Origin: Candidatus Nomurabacteria bacterium
GTDB lineage: Bacteria > Patescibacteriota > Dojkabacteria > SC72 > JAHDCA01
Assembly (NCBI GenBank): GCA_020632395.1
Contig: JACKFQ010000002.1
Coordinates: 83,662-147,661, forward strand
Direction of reading: 5' to 3'
Length of the DNA stretch: 64,000 nucleotides
The position numbers were made by a program, and so were the translations under genes. The notes under the pieces are model-generated. The model made no database searches and was not told where the DNA came from. It saw only the letters and a list, made by a program, of their open reading frames with translations. Positions 15,823-25,852 of this stretch are shown in pieces. The stretch's first letter is position 1; each line of letters starts with the position of its first letter.

Positions 15823-17499
15823 CTACAGATCAACCAGAGAGTTGTATGTCACATTAGTAAGATTTGGTGTGCATCCACTATTCAGAAATAAACCTGTTGT
15901 GGTACCGAAGAAATCAGTATTACTGATCGTTGGATTGCATGTAACATTTGTTATATAGCCACCGTACGTCGTCCCTACCCCTGTTGCTGTAAAATCAGAA
16001 CCCGATATTGAGGGGGAAGATGTTTCGACATATAAAGCATAAGAGGTCGGAGACGAGTCGATATTCTCAATATTTACAGATGTATTTGTGACTGATACTG
16101 GGGTCTTGTTTATTCTCACACCATATACCGTTCCATCTGATGATTTATTTATATTTATAGTTGAATCTGTAATTGATGAGGAGTTTATGATCCCATAAAA
16201 TCCATACGTCGTAGTTCCACTCCCAGTTACTGACAAATTAGCAACTACATTATCTATCAACATAGTATTTCCAGATGATACCGGATAGAACAATCCTACT
16301 GATTTGGTCGCAGAAGTGTAATTTATCACACTATCATAGATCCGGGTCTGTGCTGCCGAATTCGTATATATGATCTTATCAATAGTATTATTCGAAGTAG
16401 CATTATTTGTAATTGTGATATCTGAATCATACATACTGAAATTCGAAGCCCAGAAGGTATTCACAATACCAACATCGTCTCTTGTGCCAGAGCCACTTTT
16501 TACTTCAAGAGCAATATTCATATTATAAAATCTACCTCCTCCTGCATTATGAGTTATCGCATATAATCCATCTCCTGCAGGAGGTTGCTTAGCGTTTACG
16601 GTTACATTATTAGCTATCATAAAGCTACCTGTCCTAGTCAAAAGTGGGTATATAGGTCCAGTATTTGTATCGATCTCGATATTCACATTCTTTACATAAC
16701 AAGGATTTGCAGCACGACGAGAATATGCATCGATTGGTGCCCACCAGGATATGTTTCCCGACCGTTTTATCGTTAGATCACGTATACTTGAGGAGTTACT
16801 CATATATGCATTATTTAACAATACGGTCTTTCCGACACCAGATCCTCTAACTTCGACATATTCCTTTATATCGATACTTTCATTATATGTGCCAGGCATA
16901 ACAAAGATAGTGTAACTCTTGGTTGCTGAGCTATCAGTGATCGAATTCATTGCAGAAGTGATTGTAGTATAGGTTTGTCCTGATCCGACAACAATAATAT
17001 CTTCATCATTCACAGTGATAGGAGTTTGATCAGTTGGGATGAAGATCCCATCGATCATTGCAGTTCGTTGGTTAGAACCTTTTACCTTCACCTCATAACC
17101 AGTCCCTAAGCTATCATCCTCAACATCTGGGGATATTGGAATATCGACTACATAATCAGGGATCAAGTCGTCTAAACTGATCATGCCTCTGGATTCACAT
17201 TCGGATCTTGGCACACCACTCTTACAAACTTCTTTGTATATTGAGCTAACCCCCTCAGGATAACCGCTATTATCGATCAGATACTGGTCTATCGCACTAT
17301 ACAGAGCATTTAATTCATTCTTAGTCTCTGAGACCTTTGCGGACTCGTACATCTTTGTTGGATTTATTGCAATAGCAACAACAGCACCCAATAATGCTAT
17401 CAAACCGACAACGACCAAGATCTCGATAAAAGTAAATGCTGGATATGTTTTCGAATGCTTTAAAAAATATATATTATTCATATAATCTTGTTGTCTCAC
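15823..17499 (-). CDS. Type IV pilin-like protein with a large Ser/Thr/Asn-rich C-terminal domain (558 aa)
   Basis: Prepilin signature PA|FTFIEILVVVGLIALLGAVVAIAI with Glu at +5. The long C-terminal region is rich in NxT/S sites. Confidence 0.7.
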   Translation of the reverse strand: MRQQDYMNNIYFLKHSKTYPAFTFIEILVVVGLIALLGAVVAIAINPTKMYESAKVSETKNELNALYSAIDQYLIDNSGYPEGVSSIYKEVCKSGVPRSECESRGMISLDDLIPDYVVDIPISPDVEDDSLGTGYEVKVKGSNQRTAMIDGIFIPTDQTPITVNDEDIIVVGSGQTYTTITSAMNSITDSSATKSYTIFVMPGTYNESIDIKEYVEVRGSGVGKTVLLNNAYMSNSSSIRDLTIKRSGNISWWAPIDAYSRRAANPCYVKNVNIEIDTNTGPIYPLLTRTGSFMIANNVTVNAKQPPAGDGLYAITHNAGGGRFYNMNIALEVKSGSGTRDDVGIVNTFWASNFSMYDSDITITNNATSNNTIDKIIYTNSAAQTRIYDSVINYTSATKSVGLFYPVSSGNTMLIDNVVANLSVTGSGTTTYGFYGIINSSSITDSTININKSSDGTVYGVRINKTPVSVTNTSVNIENIDSSPTSYALYVETSSPSISGSDFTATGVGTTYGGYITNVTCNPTISNTDFFGTTTGLFLNSGCTPNLTNVTYNSLVDL

Positions 17500-17676
17500 T
17501 GTACAAAGGCAGCAGATAAATGAACTATATCAGTACAATTTTAAAGGAATGATCAAATAATTACAAAAGTTTTTCATAGAGCCTACTTGCAAAGCGCGAT
17601 ACTAACTGCTATCAAAGGATATCTTTCGTATTAGGTAAGTTGGGATCAGGGATTAAATTATTCTTAATACAACTGT

Positions 17677-18354
17677 ATGAACGAACCGCAAAATAACAAT
17701 CGCATAGTACTGATCACAGGTACAAGTCGAGGAATTGGACTTGCCACAGCAAACACATTTTTACAGAAGGGGTATACAGTTCTGGGGACATCAACAAGTG
17801 GTAGATCCCCTATCTCTCATGATCATTTTAAAGCATATGAGCTTGATCTGTCGTCTCAAGATTCAATAGATTCTCTAACTAAAAAACTATTAGATGAAGG
17901 AAAACAGATCGATCATCTAATAAACAATGCTGCAATAATGATAGATCAGCAAGATGGGAAAATCGACATGAAAAGATTGCGGGATACTGTTGAAGTGAAT
18001 TTATACGGTACAATATCATTAACAGAAGGATCGATCCCTATGCTTCGTACAGGAGGCTCGATCATCAATATCTCGTCAGAATTAGCCTCATTATCTCAAA
18101 GGATGACTAATAGAGCATACTCTTACAGGATCTCAAAAACAGCTTTGAATATGTATACTTTGACATTGAGTCAGAGGCTGGAGGAGAAAGGGATCAGAGT
18201 ATATAGCTTTGCTCCGGGATGGGTTAAAACGGACATGGGTGGTGAGAATGCCCTCAGAGATCCAGAAGAACCTGCCTTAGAGATCTTCAGACTCAGTACA
18301 TCCGAACAGAGGTCCGGGTATTTCTATGAAGTAGATAGTGTACGAGATTGGTAA
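17677..18354 (+). CDS. Short-chain dehydrogenase/reductase (SDR)
   Basis: TGTSRGIGLATA nucleotide-binding motif and YRISKTALN (YxxxK). Confidence 0.8.
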   Translation: MNEPQNNNRIVLITGTSRGIGLATANTFLQKGYTVLGTSTSGRSPISHDHFKAYELDLSSQDSIDSLTKKLLDEGKQIDHLINNAAIMIDQQDGKIDMKRLRDTVEVNLYGTISLTEGSIPMLRTGGSIINISSELASLSQRMTNRAYSYRISKTALNMYTLTLSQRLEEKGIRVYSFAPGWVKTDMGGENALRDPEEPALEIFRLSTSEQRSGYFYEVDSVRDW

Positions 18355-18466
18355 AAGATGTGTGATACTATCAAACTGTTGACCCGATCGATCACCCAAG
18401 ATAACAAATATCTTTCAAAGCAGTGACCAGATCTTTAGGTGGTCTATCTTCGACATTTAAAACTGA

Positions 18467-18503
18467 AACCCCCTCTTCAGATATTCTCTGTTTAGAGGGG
18501 GTT
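18467..18503. terminator. Bidirectional rho-independent terminator between convergent genes
   Basis: Perfect 10-bp stem AACCCCCTCT/AGAGGGGGTT with a 17-nt loop and T-rich flanks on both strands. Confidence 0.5.
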
Positions 18504-18523
18504 ATTTCAGCTTTCGGTAACAA

Positions 18524-19771
18524 TTAGTCGTCAATCTCTACAAAAAGAACCTGTCCAGCTGAGTATATTGACATACCAACACCAAAGTCGGTCTTAACTA
18601 GATCCAAACCTAATTTGGTATCTCTACTATTGGTGTTATATACTAACTCAGGGGAAACCCAATTGATCCCATCAGTGGAACGAGCTCTGACCAACTTACC
18701 AACTGAATTCAGGTAAGTTTGCCAGTAGGCTTCAATAACCCCTGACTCACGTACATAGAGTTCTACTGCACCTTGATAGTTATCAGGTCCACCTTCGATC
18801 ACTGTAAGATTTTGTGTCCCATAAGGATCGATCCTAAGTAGTTGTATTTCAGAAGAAGAATTTGCAGCATCGACAGTTGCCCAACCATATAGTCTATCTC
18901 CATTTGGAAGGAATATCTGATCAACATCAACAGAATAATCACCATGAAAACCAGAATAGATCTTGTTTATCACTCGACCACTCTTCGAATAGACATCTGT
19001 TATCCTCTCAGTATTTCCAGAATCAAGCGTTGTCCATGTCGTAACAATTCCGGTTTTCTTCGAGTACTCAACATCTACAGAGATCTCATCTATGAAAGGT
19101 GATGTTTCCTTTGACACTCTCTTCAAGTCTTTCCATTCACCTGTCAGAGGATCGAAACGAGTTTCATAGATCCTAAAATTCCCTGTATTACCTTCATACA
19201 AGGAAAAAGCTGCAAAAAATGTGCAAGAATCAGTAGAAGAAACTGCAGTATTTCTGAAACGAGGAGGTCCTGCGAGAAGCATATCCTCTAATTGAATTTC
19301 CTCACCACCTGTAACCTTAGTAGCTGGCAGGTTTAATCTCGTTATGCTCCATGTCTTTCCGAGATCCTTTGATTCCGACAGATAAGCAAAAAAACTGTTG
19401 TGTACAGTTGAATACATACTTGATGCAACTACAAGGGTATCCTTACATATATGTAAAGATGGGTACTGACTATAGTTCTCATCTGTTGAAAGAAGAACAT
19501 TCTGACCCCACTCTGTACTTCCAGCTTTCCTAGTGCTGTAATACAACTTACTTGGATTCTCAAAATCTCTGGAATCCTTCCAGACCGCATGTAGATTTCC
19601 ATACTGATCCTGTACAACTTCAGCATGAGAGTCCACCATGTAGTCTGTAGCTGGTGGGGTATCATTGATCACGGAAACTCTGACTCCTTCGGACGAATCT
19701 CCAGCATACAGAGGTGATACCGTAGAAAGCACCACTGCTACAAGGGAGAGAAATGAAATAAATTTTCGCAT
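18524..19771 (-). CDS. Secreted BNR/Asp-box repeat protein (sialidase-like beta-propeller)
   Basis: Signal peptide MRKFISFLSLVAVVLSTVSPLYA. Asp-box motifs SKDLGKTWS and STDGINWVS. Confidence 0.55.
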   Translation of the reverse strand: MRKFISFLSLVAVVLSTVSPLYAGDSSEGVRVSVINDTPPATDYMVDSHAEVVQDQYGNLHAVWKDSRDFENPSKLYYSTRKAGSTEWGQNVLLSTDENYSQYPSLHICKDTLVVASSMYSTVHNSFFAYLSESKDLGKTWSITRLNLPATKVTGGEEIQLEDMLLAGPPRFRNTAVSSTDSCTFFAAFSLYEGNTGNFRIYETRFDPLTGEWKDLKRVSKETSPFIDEISVDVEYSKKTGIVTTWTTLDSGNTERITDVYSKSGRVINKIYSGFHGDYSVDVDQIFLPNGDRLYGWATVDAANSSSEIQLLRIDPYGTQNLTVIEGGPDNYQGAVELYVRESGVIEAYWQTYLNSVGKLVRARSTDGINWVSPELVYNTNSRDTKLGLDLVKTDFGVGMSIYSAGQVLFVEIDD

Positions 19772-19901
19772 ATGCGAATAGTAAAAATTTAGATAGGATA
19801 ATAAACGAATATCTATGATTAAAGTAACATACAGGGGTGCAATACCTTTCTCGATGATAACCTATAGTGTACAATTCTGATCGAATTAATGATATTAAGT
19901 T

Positions 19902-22103
19902 ATGAACACTGAGCAATTCGTTCCAGGTGAATATGGTGTATCTATTTCCGACAGGGTTCTCGGTCGGTTAATTGAGGTATTTGGATCTGCGGCTTTAACT
20001 GGGTCTCAAGATTCTCAATGGCATATTTACCCTAATTCACACGAAGCATTAGATGGTATATCACATACGATAACATATGAGCAGATACAGGCATTCTCAC
20101 CTGCCATGCTTCTCGTGCTGTTACTGATAATAGAAGAATCTGATGAAGAGTCTTATCTTGCTGCTATGGAAAATCAAGCATATAGGCCAACATATACCAG
20201 AACAGCTGAGACTGATGAAGAATTGAATCCTGATTTGGATGAAGTACCGCAGAACCATGCCAGAGGTCTCATTCAAGATCTTTTAGCTTTGAAACTACGT
20301 GACACTGACATGGTCCCTGGATTTGCAAATGATGTTGCGAGATATCTCTCAACAGACCCTGCTTTATCAGAAGCATCCATTAGAAGATCATTCTGGGAAA
20401 TACAGGCTGCTTTCTATCAGATTCTGGACGATGATCGGGAACTATTTGAGAAAAACCTTAGATGTTTCTTGGATCGATCATATGTGATCGATCCCAATTG
20501 GGGTCTAGTCGTTGATACCTTCCTCAACTCAAAACTCGAATTTGAAAAGATCCCACCTGAAGCATTCGAAGCTAAAGAAATAACTATTTTTTCAAGAAAC
20601 CAGGATATTTTTGATTATGTTATCGATTACCTACTCCATCATATAAGGACCCAAAGTCTAACCAGAAAACAAGTAGACAATATAGTATCCTTACTACTAC
20701 ACAATTACATGGCTGGTAATGATGTGATGATTGCTTTTGATATGCTCATACGTCGGAGAGGAGCAAATTTTGATATCCTTGTTTTCGCTAAAAAGAATCC
20801 AACAGTCTCAAAAAAGATACTAGAACACATATTTCATTTACTTTTAACAGAACCAGACACAAATTATCCTGTTGATGTTCAAAAGACCTTGGTAGAGGGA
20901 TGGATACTTCTAGTTAGATTACCTGTTTTAAAAATATGTCAAATACCTTTTGCTAAAGAAATCTTAGAAAAATATGCGTCTAGTCTAAAGATACCCCCTA
21001 GTGTAGCAGTCGGATTGCTTACTAAACGGCAAGATACTCAACAGGTGTTAGTCTCTTCAGACTCTGAGGAAGAATGCCAAGAATCTAGGAGAATACCAGC
21101 AACACATTATCTGCCTACTGAAATTACTACCAGATTAATCTCACATTTTCAGTGGGAAGAGCTTTCAACTGTAGGAATAGATCTTGATAAACTCTCGCTC
21201 GTGCAAGTTTTCCAATTAATTTTCTGGTTTTGGACAAATGGATATGATTTCGACATATATTATGGTATTCCCGCCCAAAACCCAGATCGATCTATCCCAA
21301 TTTTTGTAAAAAACCTGTCGAAACATCTGGAGCATCTATTGAAAAGATCAAATGCTGGGGAGCTTGATTCATTTTGTCAGGTTCTTGCAGAAAAGTTGAA
21401 CCATGGTGAACCTACAGCAGGTATCAATCCATACATATACGCAGACACCGTCTCAAGATTTCTTGTAGAGTACATAGAACCAGAGCTGAGACTTACGTTG
21501 TTGAAATCATTACAATGTGTAGATTACCCAACCGCCATAGTTTTAGCCCACAACCTTAACATGGAACAAGAGCTATACCAAAACCCTCCTGACCAGAAAA
21601 TCCCTGTAATAAACGCGATCCGTTCTGATGCAGAGTTCTCACTCAACGTTCTAAGGACGATTATCGACAATAACCATGAGTATCCAAACACTCCATCTCA
21701 TGTCTACTTGTTACTGCTACGAAAATCACTTTTTCCCCGAGGAAACAAACTTTTTACAATGACGGATAAGACACTCTTACGGAAAATATTGGGAAAAGTA
21801 GAACGTTCTGATCGAAACCAAATTCTCGATGAGCTAATAGAAAGAATATTTTGGACATATTCCCAACAAACCCAAGACCTGTTAAGGCTTTCGGCTTTCC
21901 TCGAGCTAGCTACGCCATCAGAGGTATATGCTTTTTATAGAAAACTTTATTTCATAGGTCAGGAGGATCCTAGAATGAGAGAACATGTTCTTAAACATAC
22001 GAAATTATTGATGGGTACGTTACCTATAGCAAATAAGATTGCTATGGCGTCTAAGTCGCTCCCGCGACCTTACGGTCGGGGTTTCGGCTCTTCATTCAAA
22101 TGA
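19902..22103 (+). CDS. Large hypothetical protein (733 aa), probably cytoplasmic and helical
   Basis: Long ORF with coding-like composition and no motif I recognise. Confidence 0.45.
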   Translation: MNTEQFVPGEYGVSISDRVLGRLIEVFGSAALTGSQDSQWHIYPNSHEALDGISHTITYEQIQAFSPAMLLVLLLIIEESDEESYLAAMENQAYRPTYTRTAETDEELNPDLDEVPQNHARGLIQDLLALKLRDTDMVPGFANDVARYLSTDPALSEASIRRSFWEIQAAFYQILDDDRELFEKNLRCFLDRSYVIDPNWGLVVDTFLNSKLEFEKIPPEAFEAKEITIFSRNQDIFDYVIDYLLHHIRTQSLTRKQVDNIVSLLLHNYMAGNDVMIAFDMLIRRRGANFDILVFAKKNPTVSKKILEHIFHLLLTEPDTNYPVDVQKTLVEGWILLVRLPVLKICQIPFAKEILEKYASSLKIPPSVAVGLLTKRQDTQQVLVSSDSEEECQESRRIPATHYLPTEITTRLISHFQWEELSTVGIDLDKLSLVQVFQLIFWFWTNGYDFDIYYGIPAQNPDRSIPIFVKNLSKHLEHLLKRSNAGELDSFCQVLAEKLNHGEPTAGINPYIYADTVSRFLVEYIEPELRLTLLKSLQCVDYPTAIVLAHNLNMEQELYQNPPDQKIPVINAIRSDAEFSLNVLRTIIDNNHEYPNTPSHVYLLLLRKSLFPRGNKLFTMTDKTLLRKILGKVERSDRNQILDELIERIFWTYSQQTQDLLRLSAFLELATPSEVYAFYRKLYFIGQEDPRMREHVLKHTKLLMGTLPIANKIAMASKSLPRPYGRGFGSSFK

Positions 22104-22269
22104 AGGATATTCATACTGAAAAGTGTTCCGGAGTAAATGTACAGATGCCTTGTGTATAGTGGTAATTCGTGTCAACAATTCTTTATCAGGATGCAGTTCA
22201 TTATCAAATACAATTTGTGTCTCAGTTAAGAAATAGAGTTTACTTCAAAGAATAAACTTTCACAAAGAC

Positions 22270-22707
22270 TTAAGTATGATCAACAAGATCCAACCTCATA
22301 GTATAGAACGACTCACCTGGTGGGTAATCAGCGATCTCACCGATGATATAGAACCCGAAATTCATGTAAAATTCTAAAGCTTGGAAACTGTATGTTTCTA
22401 GGAAAATATACGAGCAGTTTTTCGATCGTGCAATTTTTATTGCACAGTCCAATAATTTACTTCCTATACCAGATCTTCTGTGGCGATCTTCAACGTATAG
22501 GTTCTCGATCTTCATACATTTCCAATAGATCTGTGCATGTAGACCAGCGATCAGTTCTCGTTCTGAATGCTCTTTAATATTTATGTACTGGATCGATCCA
22601 TCTCTTCTGTATTCATGATGATATTTAGAGTTAACATTGTTGTAAGTTCGGATCTTATTCTTTAACCACTCTTCAAAATCTTGTTGTTGAGTATAAGTTA
22701 CTTTCAA
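22270..22707 (-). CDS. GNAT-family N-acetyltransferase
   Basis: Motif A HRRSGIGSKLLDCAI. Size is 145 aa. Confidence 0.7.
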   Translation of the reverse strand: MKVTYTQQQDFEEWLKNKIRTYNNVNSKYHHEYRRDGSIQYINIKEHSERELIAGLHAQIYWKCMKIENLYVEDRHRRSGIGSKLLDCAIKIARSKNCSYIFLETYSFQALEFYMNFGFYIIGEIADYPPGESFYTMRLDLVDHT

Positions 22708-22861
22708 ACTGATGATGTTTAGGTTAATTTGTTAATTATATTGATCTATAAATACTTTAGCGATGCTATATGAACTTTAGTTAGCCGCTTGATCCGGGCC
22801 TGCTATGCAGATCATTATCTGCGCACGATCTCCTTAGCAGCCCTTACGGACCGTCTATCGT

Positions 22862-23012
22862 CTGGTCGGGGAGACAGGACCATCTCGGCAAATATGCCTC
22901 GATGTATGATGCAGAATAATTCTACTGCATCATAGGTCCCTGCAGCAGGTTCAAGTCCAAATACACCATCCATACAAAGTAAACGACCACCTAACGGTGG
23001 TCATTTACTCTG
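22862..23012. repeat. 150 bp module at the 3' end of tRNA-Pro(GGG); second copy
   Basis: Near-identical to 6562-6711, including the 16-nt direct repeat of the tRNA 3' end and both hairpins. Confidence 0.8.
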
Positions 23013-23086
23013 TCGGGGAGACAGGACTTGAACCTGCGACCTCTTGCACCCCATGCAAGCGCTCTAGCCATCTGAACTACTCCCCG
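23013..23086 (-). tRNA. tRNA-Pro, anticodon GGG
   Basis: Identical to the 6712-6785 tRNA except in the anticodon arm: CTTGC-ATGGGGT-GCAAG here versus CTGCA-TTCGGGT-TGCAG there, and one D-stem base. Confidence 0.85.
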
Positions 23087-23185
23087 ATAAGGATATTGTA
23101 CATTATGAGAACGAAAATAGTAACAGGAAAAGGGCTGTGTGCCCTTTTCAAGAAATATGTTAATAGTAATGAGAGCCAATAATTA

Positions 23186-23857
23186 TCACAACGTAACTTC
23201 AAGAATTATCCACAAGCCATCCTCTCCTCGATCATCTGTTTTCAATTCGAAACTCTTTTCTGATGTAAACGCAAATTTATAACTACTTCCGCTATCGGTA
23301 GGCATCCATGTTAGCTCAGGTAATTGATTACCCAGATCGGTCACTGTTTCTTCTTTTGCTACATAGTCTTTGACAAGATCTCCATACTCAGCCATAAGAG
23401 TTCCGTCTTCCAGCTGATAAACTTTGATCATAGGGTAAGGCTTATCTTCAGAAGCTCTTACCTTCCATTCAAACATGAATTTTCCTCCAGCAACTTCGTA
23501 CGAATAACCCACTACTGATGCACCATCAGCTGAACTTGCTGTACCTATAGTCAATTCTCCTGCATCTGTCACAATCTGTTCCTCCTCAACAGGGTCTGTT
23601 GTAACGGTATCTTCATCAGGCATATCAACTACAGTATTATCTGCATCACTCCCCTCATCATCAGGCTCATCTAATACTGGGTCATCATTTTCATCTACCT
23701 TATCTCCTGTATCATCGACCTTATCATCTTCCTCTCCAACGATAGTTACGTTCTCGAAATTTTCTTCTTCAACTTTATCGTCATCTTTTCTGAACAGTCC
23801 TATCAGTAAAGCTCCTGAGAGCAGAATTACTGCAAGTACGGCGAGTTTTTTAAACAT
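23186..23857 (-). CDS. Secreted or membrane-anchored acidic protein
   Basis: N-terminal signal/anchor KKLAVLAVILLSGALLIGL, then a D/E-rich low-complexity region. Confidence 0.5.
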   Translation of the reverse strand: MFKKLAVLAVILLSGALLIGLFRKDDDKVEEENFENVTIVGEEDDKVDDTGDKVDENDDPVLDEPDDEGSDADNTVVDMPDEDTVTTDPVEEEQIVTDAGELTIGTASSADGASVVGYSYEVAGGKFMFEWKVRASEDKPYPMIKVYQLEDGTLMAEYGDLVKDYVAKEETVTDLGNQLPELTWMPTDSGSSYKFAFTSEKSFELKTDDRGEDGLWIILEVTL

Positions 23858-23980
23858 CCTTTTGGGTATGTCAATTTAGTAATTACCTTATTATACGATA
23901 TGCTCTCCTCATAGCAACAAGGCAACTTTCATGGCAATTTCTAATGTGCTACTATTGTATATATAAAATGCCCAATTAGA

Positions 23981-25261
23981 ATGAAAGAAAAGAACATCAC
24001 AGTAAGTGACATCCAAGAAACACCTAAAGAAGATAAGGAGGTGCAAATATCTATCGAAGGAGAATCCCCAAAAAGAAAAAAAGCTCCTCCCACAATATTC
24101 CAAATTATTAAATCTCGATTCTTTAACCGTACAGTCGGTGTGATATTGCTTATGACAATTACTACTCTGTCTGTATTTGGATGGCTACTCTACACAGTTA
24201 TCTCGTTTAATCCTCCATCATCAACTGCACTATCAAAATTCACTGAAGATTTCATCCTACCAGTGACCCTAGAACGACACCCACTTACTAGCTACGGACT
24301 GATCGAACCTTCAGAGCCCAGGATCAAAGAGAACCCTATCAATGGCAATCTACTAACGGCTTCTGAGTTCGACGAATACTCTGATAGAAGACCAGTCGCA
24401 GTGATGATCAATAACCACTATGCCGCAAGACCCAGCTCAAATCTACAGAAAGCCGATATCATCTATGAAACCCTCGTAGAATCAGGAATTACCCGTCATA
24501 TGGCAGTGTTTTGGCAAAATGCAGTAACTAAGGTAGGTTCGATCAGAAGTGCAAGACAACCCTACCTAGAGTGGCTAAGCGAATATGATGCTATCTATAT
24601 CCACGATGGGTATGCATCAAGTACAGATCCCCGTATCAACGCAGGTGGTAATATTTGGAACTATGATATACATTCGATATCAACACAGGGTGCATGGAGA
24701 GATAGTACAAGATTTGCTCCCCACGATGAATACTCATCTATTGCCTACGCATTAGACATTGGCGAGAAGAATGGCTGGACTGGAATGATATCCGACTTTG
24801 CACCATGGAAATTCAAGAACGACGCAACATCAGAAGAAAGAGGAGATCTCGACCGCGTGGACATCAAATTCCATACTCGGCTTACTAATGGTGGTATGTA
24901 TGATGTTTCCTGGCAGTATCAGAAAAACACCAATAGTCTTCTCAGAAGTATCGGAGGTGTGCCAGATATTGACCTCGAAAGTGGCGATCAGTTACGCGCA
25001 AAGACTGTCATTATCCAAGAGACCTCAATAATTCCTTCTGGTGACGAGAAAGCACATGTGATAACCAGGACAACCGGAGAAGGTGATGCTCTGATCATCC
25101 AAGATGGGAAAGTGATCGAAGGTAAGTGGGAAAAGAAATCAAGAACAAGTAGAACTAGATACTATAATCGTGATGGTAGAGAGCTTCTTATCAATCGTGG
25201 ACTGATTTGGGTAGAGATCATTTCCACAGATGACAGTTCCTTTGCTATAATAGAGCAATAA
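23981..25261 (+). CDS. Membrane-anchored protein, possibly DUF3048 (YerB-like)
   Basis: TM helix at about residues 55-75. The region RPVAVMINNHYAARP ... ITRHMAVFWQ is reminiscent of DUF3048. Assignment is tentative. Confidence 0.45.
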   Translation: MKEKNITVSDIQETPKEDKEVQISIEGESPKRKKAPPTIFQIIKSRFFNRTVGVILLMTITTLSVFGWLLYTVISFNPPSSTALSKFTEDFILPVTLERHPLTSYGLIEPSEPRIKENPINGNLLTASEFDEYSDRRPVAVMINNHYAARPSSNLQKADIIYETLVESGITRHMAVFWQNAVTKVGSIRSARQPYLEWLSEYDAIYIHDGYASSTDPRINAGGNIWNYDIHSISTQGAWRDSTRFAPHDEYSSIAYALDIGEKNGWTGMISDFAPWKFKNDATSEERGDLDRVDIKFHTRLTNGGMYDVSWQYQKNTNSLLRSIGGVPDIDLESGDQLRAKTVIIQETSIIPSGDEKAHVITRTTGEGDALIIQDGKVIEGKWEKKSRTSRTRYYNRDGRELLINRGLIWVEIISTDDSSFAIIEQ

Positions 25262-25278
25262 TATTATCCACTTGATAC

Positions 25279-25851
25279 ATGCTAAGTAAACTCTTCATCT
25301 CAAAGGTGAGGATCAAGATGCTCAATCAATTCCTAATGGATCCCCAACAGGAGTACCATGTAAGGGGCTTGGTTCGGATACTTGAAGAGGAGATAAATGC
25401 AGTTCGAAGAGAGCTTCAGAACCTCGAATCTGCGGGTATCCTGATCTCAAAAAGGAAAGGTAATAAACTCTTCTATAAATTAGATGAAAGTTGCAGATAC
25501 CTTGTGGATCTAACAAGACTTATGTATCAAGACCGAGATGACATAGTCGAGATACATACAGCAATTTCGAAAGTCTCAAATATCCAGATGGCGTTGATCA
25601 CAGAGAATTACCTGAAGAACTCCTATGAACACGATTACGATATTGATATGCTGATACTCGGAGAGGTCGATGTGAATGAACTTACTGTAGCGATCAAAAA
25701 GATAGAGGAGAAGCTCGGAAAAGAATTGCGTGTGACAGTACTACATCAGAAAGATCTAGAGTTCTCATATAAGAAAAGAGATGATTTCTTGCTAAACATA
25801 CTCCGGGGGGATAAAATCTTCCTGATCGGATCAGATAAAGATCTCATATGA
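25279..25851 (+). CDS. Putative regulator: winged-helix N-terminus plus possible minimal-nucleotidyltransferase-like C-terminus
   Basis: N-terminal wHTH-like segment VRGLVRILEEEINAVRRELQNLESAGILISKRKGNKLFYKL. C-terminal YDIDMLILGE resembles an NTase motif. Confidence 0.4.
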   Translation: MLSKLFISKVRIKMLNQFLMDPQQEYHVRGLVRILEEEINAVRRELQNLESAGILISKRKGNKLFYKLDESCRYLVDLTRLMYQDRDDIVEIHTAISKVSNIQMALITENYLKNSYEHDYDIDMLILGEVDVNELTVAIKKIEEKLGKELRVTVLHQKDLEFSYKKRDDFLLNILRGDKIFLIGSDKDLI

Positions 25852-25852
25852 A

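Noticed and set aside
22991-23182. ORFs 22991-23179 (-) and 22997-23182 (+)
   Set aside because: They lie on top of tRNA-Pro(GGG) and its flank, so they are spurious.
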